A DNA stretch of 36,468 bases from a virus (Duplodnaviria; Caudoviricetes). The stretch is from positions 1-36,468 of IMG/VR virus record IMGVR_UViG_3300027877_000011; one strand, written 5' to 3'. A program made the translations under genes and the position numbers. The notes below the pieces were generated by a model, which searched no databases, was not told where the DNA came from, and worked only from the letters and a program-made list of their open reading frames with translations. Of this stretch, positions 1-9,527 are shown in pieces (positions within the stretch are counted from its first letter, which is position 1; each line of letters begins with the position of its first letter).

Positions 1-127
1 CCGCCCCGCCGCCGCCTGAACCAAGCCCACAAAAAACGGGCCCCGCGGCTTGCCCCCGCGAGACCCCATCACTACTGAGAGAGGCAAGTATGCCACAGGA
101 AATCCCCCCGATCAGCATCCTCACGGA
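1..127 (+). repeat. Terminal direct repeat, left copy (circular assembly overlap)
   Basis: Identical to 36342-36468; ends inside the ORF starting at 90; 127 is a common assembler k-mer. Confidence 0.9.
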
Positions 128-797
128 TGCTCTCGCCGGAGTCCACCTCACCCCACAGCAGGCCAGGGCGCTGGAAAACATCACGCGGATGGTCATCCCC
201 CAGGACCTGACCGTCCTGGCGCAGCTGCTGCGTTCCCTCCGCGCCCGGGTGCGCATGGGAGCCGGGCTCCTGGAGGAGCTGGCCGCCGGCCGCAGCTGGG
301 ATCAGCACGTCACCACAGCCGTGGTTGAGGCACAGGGATGGACCCCACGCCAGGGCGACCACTACATAGCCGTTCCCAGCCTCAACGGGGACCTACCCCG
401 GATCTTCCCAACCGCTATCACCGCGACATCCACCACCGCCGCATGTCGCCCCGTTCTGGCCTACCTCCAGGAGCAGACCGGCAGGCAGGCAGTGTCCGTG
501 GAGGCCTACCCGAGCACCATGAGCCTGACCCTTGGCGTTAAGGGCGCGCTCACCGGCGAGGTGGAGCTGTCCCGGGGCGAGATCTACGCCTGGATGGCGG
601 CCTTCCGGCACCACGGCACCGTGCACCTGCTCCGCCTGGAGGCGGATGGGGTGCCCATCACCCAGACCGTTTGTGGCAGGAGCATCCGGACCGGGGTGGC
701 TATGCCTCTCACCCAGGCGTGGGAGAAGCACCCCATCTACTGCGGCCGTTGCGATTTTCCCTATACCGGGATTCGGCCCTCCGGTGATGCGGCATGA
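90..797 (+). CDS. Hypothetical protein, possible C-terminal Zn-binding motif
   Basis: GAGAGG RBS-like sequence; H...C...CGRC near C-terminus; ATGA-coupled to next ORF. Confidence 0.7.
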   Translation: MPQEIPPISILTDALAGVHLTPQQARALENITRMVIPQDLTVLAQLLRSLRARVRMGAGLLEELAAGRSWDQHVTTAVVEAQGWTPRQGDHYIAVPSLNGDLPRIFPTAITATSTTAACRPVLAYLQEQTGRQAVSVEAYPSTMSLTLGVKGALTGEVELSRGEIYAWMAAFRHHGTVHLLRLEADGVPITQTVCGRSIRTGVAMPLTQAWEKHPIYCGRCDFPYTGIRPSGDAA

Positions 798-1000
798 GCA
801 CTGTCACCCACACCCGCCAGGCGGATGGCTCCTGGCTCGTCCAGGGCCTCCAGGAGTGCCTCTACCACGGCGAGCACCACGGCCAGTGCCCCGGCTGTGT
901 TGCCGGCCTGGCGGAGACCAACAGCGCCAGCCGCACCATCATCATCCCCACCACCAACCGCACCTTCCACGCAGCGCTGATCCGCCAACAGGAGGCCTGA
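794..1000 (+). CDS. Small Cys/His-rich hypothetical protein
   Basis: ATGA overlap; CLYHGEHHGQCPGC. Confidence 0.6.
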   Translation: MSTVTHTRQADGSWLVQGLQECLYHGEHHGQCPGCVAGLAETNSASRTIIIPTTNRTFHAALIRQQEA

Positions 1001-1001
1001 G

Positions 1002-1913
1002 ATGAGCCTGTTCACGCCCGCCCGCCGAGAGCAAATGCACCTCCGGATGGCCCTCCAGGGACCCTCTGGATCCGGCAAGACCTTCACCGCACTGACGATC
1101 ATGCGCGGGCTCTGTGGCTACGGTGGCAAATTCGCCGTGCTCGACACCGAGAAGCGGGCCCGCGAGTACGCGATCCTAGATGAGTCCGACCCGGAGACCG
1201 AGTACGCGTTCAACTTCGGGCACGTCGCGCCGGAGGTTTCGGATCCGGAGCAGCTGCCCGGCTTCTTGGCTGACGCCGCGAAACACGGGTTCGCCGGTAT
1301 CATCGTCGACTCCTTCACCCACTACTGGAGCGGCCTTGGTGGGGCCCTGGACCGGGTCGACCGGGCCCGCGACAAGCGCGCCGGATGGGGCGACTACCGG
1401 CCCGTAGAGGCACGCATGATGGCCGCACTCCTGTCATATCCGGGGCACGTCATCGTGACCATGAGGGTCAAGACGGAGTACGTCACGGAGCTGAACGAGC
1501 GCACCAAGAAGGTGGAGACAAAAAAGCTGGGGCTCAAGGCCGACCAGCGAGACAGCGTCGACTACGAATTCAGCGTCATTGGTGAGATGGACATGGGGCA
1601 CAACCTCTCCATCACCAAGACCACCTGCCAGGAACTGGTAGACCAGAAGATCAGCCGGCCCGGCATCATCCTCGCGGAAACCCTGGGTGCCTGGCTCGGC
1701 CAGGGGCAGGCGCCACCAACCGCAGCGGACCTACGTGATCGGGCCCTGGAGCAGTGCCAGACGGTAGCTGAGGTCCGGGTGGTGTGGGAGGAGGCCAAGC
1801 GCCGCAACCTCCTGGAAGAGCCGCTGATCGGCTCCACCGGCGACACCAGCACCCTGAAGGACATCATCGAGGGTCGCGCCCGCGACCTGGCCCCGAAGCC
1901 GGTGACGGCATGA
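1002..1913 (+). CDS. Sak4-like AAA ATPase / ssDNA-annealing recombinase
   Basis: Walker A GPSGSGKT, VLDTE, IIVDSFTHYW, HVIVTMRVKTEY, QRDSVDYEF motifs; GGAGG RBS. Confidence 0.8.
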   Translation: MSLFTPARREQMHLRMALQGPSGSGKTFTALTIMRGLCGYGGKFAVLDTEKRAREYAILDESDPETEYAFNFGHVAPEVSDPEQLPGFLADAAKHGFAGIIVDSFTHYWSGLGGALDRVDRARDKRAGWGDYRPVEARMMAALLSYPGHVIVTMRVKTEYVTELNERTKKVETKKLGLKADQRDSVDYEFSVIGEMDMGHNLSITKTTCQELVDQKISRPGIILAETLGAWLGQGQAPPTAADLRDRALEQCQTVAEVRVVWEEAKRRNLLEEPLIGSTGDTSTLKDIIEGRARDLAPKPVTA

Positions 1914-3682
1914 GCGACTACAAGCCCACGGTCGAGCAGCAGGCGGTAATCGACGCGTTCTGCTCGGCCGAAAGGCCCACTCTGGTTGTGCAGGCCGGTG
2001 CCGGATGCGGCAAGTCCAGCACGCTGAGGCTCGCCGCGAAAGAGCAGCCCGCCCGCCGGGGCCTGTACATCGTGTACAACCGGGCTCTGGCCGCTGAGGC
2101 GAAGCGGGCTTTCCCGCCTGCCGTGGACTGCCGTACCGCGCACTCGTTGGCTTTCGGGCCGATGGGGAGCCAGTACCGGGAGCGCCTGGATGGGCCACGG
2201 GTACCGGCACACCGGGTGGCCCAGGTGCTGGGGATCAACAACCCGGTGCTCCTGGCGGAGGATCTAGCACCACTGACTCCCACGACCCTGGCCAGGATGG
2301 TCATGGAGGGGGTCGGGAACTTCCTGAACAGTGCCGATCCGGAGCCAGACGTGCAGCACATCCGACGCGTGGAGGGCTACAGCGACCTAGATAACCGCAA
2401 CCTGGCCAAGTACCTGGCCCCGTTCATGGCGAAGGCTTGGGCGGATCTTCAGCTCCGCCACGGTGGGCAGCTGAAGTTCACCCATGACGTGTACCTGAAG
2501 CTATATCAACTCAGCCGTCCCCGTATCCCAGTGGACTACGTGTTGCTGGATGAGGCCCAGGACCTGAGCCCGGTCATGGCTTCCCTGTTCCACTACCAGG
2601 ACCACGCCCAGCGGATCATGGTTGGGGACTCCGCCCAGGCGATCTACGGCTTCCGGGGCGCGATCGACGCGATGGACAAGTTCGTCGCCGACCAGCACCT
2701 CACCCTGACCCAGTCGTTCCGCTTCGGCCCGGCGGTCGCGGCGGAGGCCAACAAGTGGTTGGCGCTGCTCCGCGCACCACTACGCCTCCGGGGATTCAGC
2801 AAGGTCCCATCGCGGATCGGGCGCTGTGACCCGCAGGCCATCCTCTGCCGCTCCAACGCTGGGGCAATGGCCCAGATCGTGGCATCCATCGGCTCTGGGA
2901 AACGCACCGCCCTGGTAGGTGGTGGGGATGAGCTTCGCCGCCTGGCCGAGGCCGCCCAGACCCTGATGGCCAAGGCTGGGACCAGTCATCCGGAGTTGCT
3001 GGCCTTCAAGGACTGGGACCAGGTGCGGGAGCACGCCAGCCAGGACGATGCCAGCGGGTCCCTGAAGGTGCTGGTGGACCTGGTGGACACTCACGGACCA
3101 GCCCGGATCATCGAGGTGGTCTCCCGTCTGGTGGATGAGCAGTCCGCCGAGGTGGTGGTGTCCACCGCGCACAGGGCGAAGGGGCGAGAGTGGGGCCGGG
3201 TCCAGATCGCACCAGATTTCCGGGAGCCGCGGATTGACCCGGCAACCGGTCGGGTGGTCCTGAACCCGGATGAGCTGCGGCTGGCCTATGTGGCAGTGAC
3301 CCGGGGGCGGTTGGAGTTGGACCGTACGGGCCTGGCCTGGGTGGACTGGGTGGTGGATGCGGTCCCTGGCGTGCGGATGGCTCCGGCACTACAGCCGGTG
3401 CCGGTGCCAGCGCAGCGAATCCCGGAGCCGGTCAAGGTTCCTGAGCCGATGCCGGGTCCGGCGGCGGTCGAGGATCTCGCCGGCTGCACTGAGGGTCCCG
3501 GAGGCACCCTGGTGTCCCCCCGCTGCCTCCGCTGTGGCCTGCCCCAGCAGCAGTGCGGGTGCAAGGTCCCGCCGCTCACCTGGTCCGCCATAACCGGCCT
3601 GCCTCGGGCAGCCTTCATCGCCCGCGTACGGGAGTTGGCCGCAGCAGCTGCCAGGCCCCGCGTAGCCCACCGCTCCCTGTAA
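1910..3682 (+). CDS. UvrD/Rep-like SF1 DNA helicase
   Basis: QAGAGCGKS, LLDEAQD, VGDSAQAIYGFRGA, LTQSFRFG, STAHRAKGREW, YVAVTR; start moved to ATGA overlap at 1910. Confidence 0.9.
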   Translation: MSDYKPTVEQQAVIDAFCSAERPTLVVQAGAGCGKSSTLRLAAKEQPARRGLYIVYNRALAAEAKRAFPPAVDCRTAHSLAFGPMGSQYRERLDGPRVPAHRVAQVLGINNPVLLAEDLAPLTPTTLARMVMEGVGNFLNSADPEPDVQHIRRVEGYSDLDNRNLAKYLAPFMAKAWADLQLRHGGQLKFTHDVYLKLYQLSRPRIPVDYVLLDEAQDLSPVMASLFHYQDHAQRIMVGDSAQAIYGFRGAIDAMDKFVADQHLTLTQSFRFGPAVAAEANKWLALLRAPLRLRGFSKVPSRIGRCDPQAILCRSNAGAMAQIVASIGSGKRTALVGGGDELRRLAEAAQTLMAKAGTSHPELLAFKDWDQVREHASQDDASGSLKVLVDLVDTHGPARIIEVVSRLVDEQSAEVVVSTAHRAKGREWGRVQIAPDFREPRIDPATGRVVLNPDELRLAYVAVTRGRLELDRTGLAWVDWVVDAVPGVRMAPALQPVPVPAQRIPEPVKVPEPMPGPAAVEDLAGCTEGPGGTLVSPRCLRCGLPQQQCGCKVPPLTWSAITGLPRAAFIARVRELAAAAARPRVAHRSL

Positions 3683-3690
3683 ACCCATTC

Positions 3691-3716
3691 CCCCGCACGC
3701 TCACGGGCGTGCGGGG
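3691..3716. terminator. GC-rich hairpin after the helicase
   Basis: CCCCGCACGC-6nt-GCGTGCGGGG perfect 10-bp stem; no U-tract. Confidence 0.5.
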
Positions 3717-3753
3717 CCCCATTCCTGATCCTGGAAATACGCACCTTGAGGTG

Positions 3754-4392
3754 ATGGCAGTGAAGAAGAAGATCCCGGACTACCCCGAATACCTCAGCGC
3801 AGAATTCGCCCAGCGCTTCGGCAATTTCCAGCTGGAAATACGACACGACGATGGCCTCTATCGCCATCTCGTGTTCCGCGACCCAAAGACCACCATGGAG
3901 CGCTTCGAAATCACCACCTGGCCGCGTCACCTCTACATCGGGGGCGATTGGCCTGGACACGTCTTCTCCCGCACGGAAGACATGCTCCAGTTTTTCCGCC
4001 AGGCAGGCGTTGGCCAGGGCCGCATCAATCCTGACTACTGGTCAGAGAAGCTGGTCTCCGGCACTCTGGATTCCATCACCTCCTATGGTCGCTGCTTTGT
4101 AGAGCAGAACATCTGGGCGGAGGTACGTGACCCATATCGGCATGGTGCTGCTCCAAAGGGCTTGGCGAAGGCGGTTCATAAGGAACTGATTGATTCCTAC
4201 ATGGATCCGCTTTGCTGCTGGAATGAAGCAAGAGATGCCATAGATGAATTCGAGTACCAGGGTTTCGAGTTTGGCGAAACCTGGGAGTGGCACGTCCGGG
4301 CGTGGACATCACATTTCCTCCTGGCCTGCCACGCAATCGTGGCCATCATCGCCGCCTATGACGCCGCTAAGGCGGTGGCCAGCAATGGCTAA
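3754..4392 (+). CDS. Conserved-type phage hypothetical protein
   Basis: GAGG RBS; DDGLYRHL / ITTWP / FSRTEDMLQFFR / INPDYWSEKL pattern recalled from other phage proteins of unknown function. Confidence 0.7.
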   Translation: MAVKKKIPDYPEYLSAEFAQRFGNFQLEIRHDDGLYRHLVFRDPKTTMERFEITTWPRHLYIGGDWPGHVFSRTEDMLQFFRQAGVGQGRINPDYWSEKLVSGTLDSITSYGRCFVEQNIWAEVRDPYRHGAAPKGLAKAVHKELIDSYMDPLCCWNEARDAIDEFEYQGFEFGETWEWHVRAWTSHFLLACHAIVAIIAAYDAAKAVASNG

Positions 4393-4702
4393 ACTACTGA
4401 CCCTCGTTCAGCTGCGAGACATCCAAACAAAGGCGCAGGGCACTCCCCTGGAACGGGAGGTGGTACTACTCCTAGCAGATTTGCGTCACCTCAAGGACCA
4501 GCTCTCACTTGCCCGGATGCAAATTCAGGACATACAGGATGGCTTCGATGAGCACGAATGTACTCCGCCGGAGTACTTCCTGCCTGAGCTGGTGGCAGCG
4601 GTGACGGATCCGGACTTGGTCTGCCTGGCGTGGCATGGCGAATCCCGCACTGACCACCAGGTGCGCGCACTGGAGCGGACATATCTGGAGAGCTCGTGCT
4701 GA
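4385..4702 (+). CDS. Hypothetical protein
   Basis: ATG overlapping upstream gene end (MAKLLTLVQLRD...). Confidence 0.6.
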   Translation: MAKLLTLVQLRDIQTKAQGTPLEREVVLLLADLRHLKDQLSLARMQIQDIQDGFDEHECTPPEYFLPELVAAVTDPDLVCLAWHGESRTDHQVRALERTYLESSC

Positions 4703-5139
4703 CCCTTGGCTGCCTCCTCGCCGAGGACAACGACATGGAGGCCATGGCCTCTCGTGAGCTGCTCAGGATGGCTTGGCGGGAGTGGGAGATCTACTGCTGT
4801 CTGGAGCGCCACGGCGAACACCTGTGGGTGCTGGGCGGGGAGCACCCAGACGACGGCGGATACGTGTATCTCCACTGCACCTACTGCTGCGCGGATAGCT
4901 CGGACCTGGCCGGCCAGGATGCTGTCGATTTCATCACCGGACAGGTCGCAGATATCAACATCAAGCAGGGTGTTCATGATGCGCCGGTCGAATTCGAGGC
5001 CCCGGTAAAGGTAGATGTCCTGGTGGAGAAGCACTTCAATCCACTGGACATGATCTATCCAGAGTACGACGTGTGGATTCAGGTCCAGGATCCCGTGCCT
5101 TTCGCTCAGCTGGCGTTTGAGGGGGTCACGTGGGCCTGA
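4696..5139 (+). CDS. Hypothetical protein (Cys/His motifs)
   Basis: GGAG RBS, overlap with upstream ORF; CCLERHGEH and HCTYCC. Confidence 0.6.
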   Translation: MLTLGCLLAEDNDMEAMASRELLRMAWREWEIYCCLERHGEHLWVLGGEHPDDGGYVYLHCTYCCADSSDLAGQDAVDFITGQVADINIKQGVHDAPVEFEAPVKVDVLVEKHFNPLDMIYPEYDVWIQVQDPVPFAQLAFEGVTWA

Positions 5140-5508
5140 TCATCGCTGCTGGCTTGCTCCTAGTGGCTGGTGGCGGAGCTGCCCTGGTGTGGCTGTGTAG
5201 GGGTCCGGGGGATCCGGAGGAGTAGGGGTTGGGCCGTCTTCGGGCGGCCCGCTTCCATGCCGGTCACAAGATCGGCACACGTGAATGTGAAAGTCATTCT
5301 AAAGACGCGGTGGAGGGTGTGCAATGAGGCCGCTCGAACGGTTGTGCGGTAAGATCAGCACACAACTAAAAACGGCCAGGATTGGTGTTGGTAGCACCTC
5401 ACCTGGCCTAAGCAGTCCCATCCGATCAGAGCGGAAGGACGGCCTAGCCGTGTATTCTACCGGACCCCAAGGGGCCCACTACACCCCATGTGCTCCGGGC
5501 GGTGCCCG

Positions 5509-5826
5509 TTGAGCGCGCAACTCAGCGCTGAGGTCAGTGCGTACCTACAGTCAGACTCAGCGTCTAGCCTGACGCCAACCGAACGCCTAGTTCTTCTCGC
5601 TGTCGCCGAGCGCGCTAGCGAGAACACCAGCCACCCCAAGATGGCCATCGAATCAGGCTGGACGCTGCGGGCGATCGTCGGGATCAGCCGCTCAGGGCTT
5701 AGGGCCGTGCTCAGAAAGCTCGCCTCCCGGGGCCTGGAGGTACGGGTGCCCTATCGGCGCATATCCAAAACGTATCCACCTGGCACCATCGCCTGGCAGG
5801 TCCCTGATCTTGAGGTGTCGACCTGA
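5509..5826 (+). CDS. Stand-alone paralogue of the replication initiator N-terminal wHTH domain
   Basis: QLSAEVSAYLQSD..LTP.E..VL.A.AE...GLR.V...LASRGLEVRV aligns with the start of 5826-6743; TTG start at 5509 (or ATG 5488); TGATG coupling. Confidence 0.7.
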   Translation: MSAQLSAEVSAYLQSDSASSLTPTERLVLLAVAERASENTSHPKMAIESGWTLRAIVGISRSGLRAVLRKLASRGLEVRVPYRRISKTYPPGTIAWQVPDLEVST

Positions 5827-6743
5827 TGGCGTGGCAACTCAGCGCTGAGGTTGCCGCCTACCTGCAATCTGACGCCTCAGGCGACCTGACCCCCGCCGAG
5901 GGGATGGTGCTGTGGGCGATCGCCGAGAAGGCCGATGAGGCGACGCGCACTGCGTTCGACGGCGACAGCTGGAAACTGTCCAGGGCGATCAAGGTCGGGA
6001 GCGACGCGGGTCTCCGGAGGGTCTTTCAGCGCCTCGCCTCCCGGGGCCTGGAGGTACGGGTTCAGCGCGGCGTAGATGGCCGTGGATACCCGATGTTTGC
6101 TCACCGTGGCGCTCAGCTCACTTACCGACTTCCCAGGCTGGTATCTACTTCCACAGAAGGAGGTACTGGAGTACCGCCTTCAGGTACTGGAGTACCGCCT
6201 TCAGGTACTGGAGTACCGCCTTCAGGTACTGGAGTACCGCCTTCAGGTACTGGAGTACCGCCTTCAGGTACTGGAGTACCGCCTTCAGGTACTGGAGTAC
6301 CGCCCTATCCGTCCTTACCGACCTCACCAACCAATCCGTCCTCCCCACCCTCTCCCCGACCGGCGCCAGAACCTCAGCCGCCGGCGGACACGGAGCAGAG
6401 CACGACGGAAACGTTGGTAGACGAGTACCGGCAATACGGACGGATGCCATCGGCGCTCATCCCCAAGCTCGCCGAGCGAATCGCAGAGCTACTTCGCGAC
6501 GGATACAGCGAGGCGGAAGTCCGCTCTGGACTCGAATTGCTCCGCGATCGCGGCGGCCAGCCCGGTCGCCTCCCGTGGCTCGTACAAAGCCTTGTCAGCC
6601 CACCCAAGGCAGACCCGCCACGCCAGGGCCGACAGCCCCTGAGCCTCTACCGAAACCCGCCCGGCCGGGACGACGACCCGTTCGCCGGCCTAGAAATCGT
6701 CACCTCGAGCAACTCCGTCAACTGGACCCCGGAGGCGTCATGA
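5826..6743 (+). CDS. Replication initiator (lambda O-like organisation)
   Basis: N-terminal HTH-like domain, internal iteron array, Pro-rich linker, helical C-terminal domain, directly upstream of a DnaC-like loader. Confidence 0.75.
   Translation: MAWQLSAEVAAYLQSDASGDLTPAEGMVLWAIAEKADEATRTAFDGDSWKLSRAIKVGSDAGLRRVFQRLASRGLEVRVQRGVDGRGYPMFAHRGAQLTYRLPRLVSTSTEGGTGVPPSGTGVPPSGTGVPPSGTGVPPSGTGVPPSGTGVPPSGTGVPPYPSLPTSPTNPSSPPSPRPAPEPQPPADTEQSTTETLVDEYRQYGRMPSALIPKLAERIAELLRDGYSEAEVRSGLELLRDRGGQPGRLPWLVQSLVSPPKADPPRQGRQPLSLYRNPPGRDDDPFAGLEIVTSSNSVNWTPEAS
6161..6304 (+). repeat. Seven tandem 21-bp repeats (AGGTACTGGAGTACCGCCTTC; last partial), probable origin iterons
   Basis: Copies at 6161, 6182, 6203, 6224, 6245, 6266, 6287; each holds inverted repeat GGTACT-GG-AGTACC. 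Confidence 0.9.
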
Positions 6744-7459
6744 TCGACCTGACCGCATGGAAGCGCCGCATCCCCGCGCAAGCCGCCGGGGTAGACCACG
6801 CCGATGCACTCCTTGCCGCCGCCGATCTGGCCGAGATGGAGGCCATCCGCACCCGCCAGTCCGCCAACCGCCACAAGGCCTACGCCAGTCGCCGCCCCAC
6901 CCGGTACGCCACCGCTGCCTACGCCGCCCTACGCCACCCACACCAAGACCCCAGGGGCATGGTCAGTAGCTGGTGGACACGCGGTCCCCGGGTGCTCATC
7001 CTCGCCGGCCCATCCCGCACCGGGAAAACCTTCGCCGCGTACGCCATCGCCAACGCCGTGCACGACGCCCACCTCTGGGTAGTCGCCCGCAGCGCAGCCG
7101 ATCTGTCCGCAGCACTGAAGCCGCAGCGCACCACCCTCCCCGACGGCCGCACCATCACCACCAACGGCGAAGAAATGGCGTACAACAACTCGATCAACTG
7201 CGACCTGCTACTCCTGGACGACCTTGGCAGGGAGCGGGTCACTGACTGGTGGCTGGAGCAGCTCCAGCGGATCATCGACGACCGGTGCGGGAACATGCGC
7301 CGCCTCATCGTCACCGCCAATGCCAACCCGAACCCCGCGGCTGTCCTGGCTGAGCTGGCGAGCCGTTACGGCGATCCGCTCGCCGAGCGTCTCCTGGATG
7401 GTGGGGGAATCCTAGGGTTCGACGGCCCGGCCGTACGCGAGGTGACCACCTCATGGTGA
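6740..7459 (+). CDS. DnaC/IstB-like ATPase (helicase loader)
   Basis: Walker A GPSRTGKT, Walker B LLLLDDLGRE, IIDDR, LIVTAN, RYGDPLAERL; ATGA overlap with GGAGG RBS. Confidence 0.85.
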   Translation: MIDLTAWKRRIPAQAAGVDHADALLAAADLAEMEAIRTRQSANRHKAYASRRPTRYATAAYAALRHPHQDPRGMVSSWWTRGPRVLILAGPSRTGKTFAAYAIANAVHDAHLWVVARSAADLSAALKPQRTTLPDGRTITTNGEEMAYNNSINCDLLLLDDLGRERVTDWWLEQLQRIIDDRCGNMRRLIVTANANPNPAAVLAELASRYGDPLAERLLDGGGILGFDGPAVREVTTSW

Positions 7460-7794
7460 CCAGCGTGGACCAGCACTCCATCACGATCTGGGCGCGGAAT
7501 CTCCGCCGCACCAGTTGGGCTTGGTCCTGCCGCTGCGGTGCCCGGAGTATCCCCCAGGGCGCACCGGACCCCCATCCCCAGGACCTGCGTAGCCATACGC
7601 AGGCACGGGCGCAGTCCCTGGCGCACACCAGCGGCCGTCCCGTTCGGACCGTGGCCCCCTGGCCGGACGAGCCGGAGCCCGATCCGCCGGCCGCCGGGGT
7701 CATGCGGGCCTGCACCCGCTGCTACAGCCCCACCGACCATCCCAGTCACCAGTGCGACCGCTGCCGCACCCAGCCCGAGAGGACAGCACCATGA
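7453..7794 (+). CDS. Cys-rich hypothetical protein
   Basis: Overlap coupling; CRCG and CTRC...HQCDRC. Confidence 0.55.
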   Translation: MVTSVDQHSITIWARNLRRTSWAWSCRCGARSIPQGAPDPHPQDLRSHTQARAQSLAHTSGRPVRTVAPWPDEPEPDPPAAGVMRACTRCYSPTDHPSHQCDRCRTQPERTAP

Positions 7795-8060
7795 CCCACC
7801 ATCCGCCGCGCGGAGACAGCCGCAATCGCCGTGGTCCTCGCACCCGCACCTTCGGCGCGGCACTGGCCGATCCGATCGCCGTGATGCGGGCAGTCGCGGG
7901 TGACCGCACCATCGGCCTGGCCGTGGTCGAGCGGGCTCAGGCCGTCGCCCGCTGCACCGCCATGGGCCTCAGCGTCCGCGAAACCGCGATCCGGCTCGGG
8001 ATCTGCACCGCCACCGTTGCCCGCCACCGCAAGAGCCTCAGGGATGCCCACAGTGTCTGA
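7791..8060 (+). CDS. Small HTH DNA-binding protein
   Basis: GLSVRETAIRLGICTATVARHR HTH pattern; GAGG RBS, ATGA overlap. Confidence 0.65.
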   Translation: MTHHPPRGDSRNRRGPRTRTFGAALADPIAVMRAVAGDRTIGLAVVERAQAVARCTAMGLSVRETAIRLGICTATVARHRKSLRDAHSV

Positions 8061-8349
8061 GCCAATCCTCCTGGGCCCAGGAGATGAGCCCCAGACCCCC
8101 GGCTCCTTGGTGGCCGTCAACTGGGGGGACTACCGGCGGCTGGAGGTCTGGGGGGCCTCCGGATCCGACATCGGCACCTGGCAGCGCCTGGGCGTATGGG
8201 TGCCGCACACGGTCCGTTGGGATGGCGTCCTGGCCAGAGGACCCGTGGTCCTGCTCACCCCCGCACCAGAGGACGCCTACCGGGCCGGGCACGAGGCCGG
8301 TCGCCGGGAGTTGCTCGCCAAGATCCAGGAGATGGGGGAAGAGCTGTGA
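8044..8349 (+). CDS. Hypothetical protein
   Basis: Fills the gap in the operon; start at 8044 or 8053. Confidence 0.55.
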   Translation: MPTVSEPILLGPGDEPQTPGSLVAVNWGDYRRLEVWGASGSDIGTWQRLGVWVPHTVRWDGVLARGPVVLLTPAPEDAYRAGHEAGRRELLAKIQEMGEEL

Positions 8350-8585
8350 GTGACAGCACTGACGACCAGCCAACATTCCGCGTCGGGTTCCACGGGGAAC
8401 GGGATGCAAGCCTGTGCCACACTCGCACCCAGCCCGGCCAGGCTGGCGTCTCCGAGGTCACGATGCACCCATCTGGCCAGTGGCTGATCACAACATGCGC
8501 CGAGTCCGGCCAGGTCGCGTTCGTCCGGATCAGCCCGGAGACCACGATGATCATCGTGGACGCGGAGGAATGCTGTGAGCACTGA
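8346..8585 (+). CDS. Hypothetical protein
   Basis: GTGA overlap with upstream stop. Confidence 0.5.
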   Translation: MSDSTDDQPTFRVGFHGERDASLCHTRTQPGQAGVSEVTMHPSGQWLITTCAESGQVAFVRISPETTMIIVDAEECCEH

Positions 8586-8961
8586 CATCTTCGGCTCGGC
8601 GCCAGATTGGGATGGCGAGGTGCCTCCGGTATGCACCTGCACCCCAAACACGCGCTGCAGGCGATGCCACCCAATGCCGCCGATGGAATTTCCGCGCGCC
8701 CCGAAGGAGACGACCCAGGAGCGGCTGGACAGCGCAGCCGAGACACTGGCAGACCTGGACGCAGCCATGCACAGCATCTGGCTACACACCAACTGGCACT
8801 GGCAGACCTCCCGGATGGCCACCCCGGAACGCGAGGCCGCCGCAGCAGCGGTACGCCGGCATAGCGTCGTCCTGGGCGGCGGCGACCAGGAAGACGCGGT
8901 ACCGCTGGCCTCGCTGCGCTGGTGGGATGACACAACCCAGCGGGGGTCCCACAATGGCTGA
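8575..8961 (+). CDS. Hypothetical protein
   Basis: GGAGG RBS; CTC...CRRC motif. Confidence 0.55.
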   Translation: MSTDIFGSAPDWDGEVPPVCTCTPNTRCRRCHPMPPMEFPRAPKETTQERLDSAAETLADLDAAMHSIWLHTNWHWQTSRMATPEREAAAAAVRRHSVVLGGGDQEDAVPLASLRWWDDTTQRGSHNG

Positions 8962-9289
8962 CGAGATCCTGCCTGAGGCCAGTGCGACCCCACGGCCAGC
9001 GCCCAAGTGCATCGGCTGCCGCACGGCCGCCAGCGTCGCCTCAGACCGCGTGCACTGCTCCGTCCACCGGCATCAGCCACCAGAGATCGTCACCTGGGAC
9101 CACCGCGACCAGCCCGACATGGCCCACCTGGACGAGCTGGTGCGTCAGTTGAGCCACGGAACAGTCCGGATCAGCCAGGTCCCGACCGGTGACGACTCCT
9201 ACGCCGTGATCGTGGCGGACCGAGTGATCGCCCCGGAGGAAGCCGAGGCGATCTACGTAGCGAGCTTCTACGGAGGACTCGATGACTGA
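8954..9289 (+). CDS. Hypothetical protein
   Basis: Overlap coupling; CIGC...HCSVH motif. Confidence 0.55.
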   Translation: MADEILPEASATPRPAPKCIGCRTAASVASDRVHCSVHRHQPPEIVTWDHRDQPDMAHLDELVRQLSHGTVRISQVPTGDDSYAVIVADRVIAPEEAEAIYVASFYGGLDD

Positions 9290-9527
9290 CAGCACCCCAA
9301 CCTGGTACCTGAAGTACCGCCGGTACCTCCGCGCCGGAAAGATCGCCGACGCCATCGGATGGCTGCTGGTTCTCGCGGGGATGATCGCCCCATCCGTAGC
9401 CAACGACTGGTGGATCGGCCCGCTGCTCCTGGTGGCGGGGATCGGGGCGATCGGGTTCTCCTGGCGGCTGCACCGGATCGCGGGAATGGCCCAAGTCGAG
9501 GATCTGGAGGAGCGGCTCAATGGCTGA
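9282..9527 (+). CDS. Small two-TM membrane protein
   Basis: GGAGG RBS; two hydrophobic segments. Confidence 0.65.
   Translation: MTDSTPTWYLKYRRYLRAGKIADAIGWLLVLAGMIAPSVANDWWIGPLLLVAGIGAIGFSWRLHRIAGMAQVEDLEERLNG

Noticed and set aside
3685-3720. CCCCGC...GCGGGG hairpin as a solitary type I-E CRISPR repeat mimic
   Set aside because: Stem and loop are longer than I-E repeats and the flanks do not match; an ordinary post-gene hairpin is simpler
5140-5508. Intergenic gap as a gene or ncRNA
   Set aside because: Only short ORFs without RBS or motifs and no convincing structure; probably promoter sequence for the replication genes
6161-6304. 21-bp repeats as a CRISPR array
   Set aside because: Head-to-tail identical units with no spacers, in frame within a CDS, no cas genes
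6076-6450. Alternative-frame ORFs (QVLEYRL)n and (AVLQYLK)n
   Set aside because: By-products of a stop-free 21-bp repeat; no independent RBS or context
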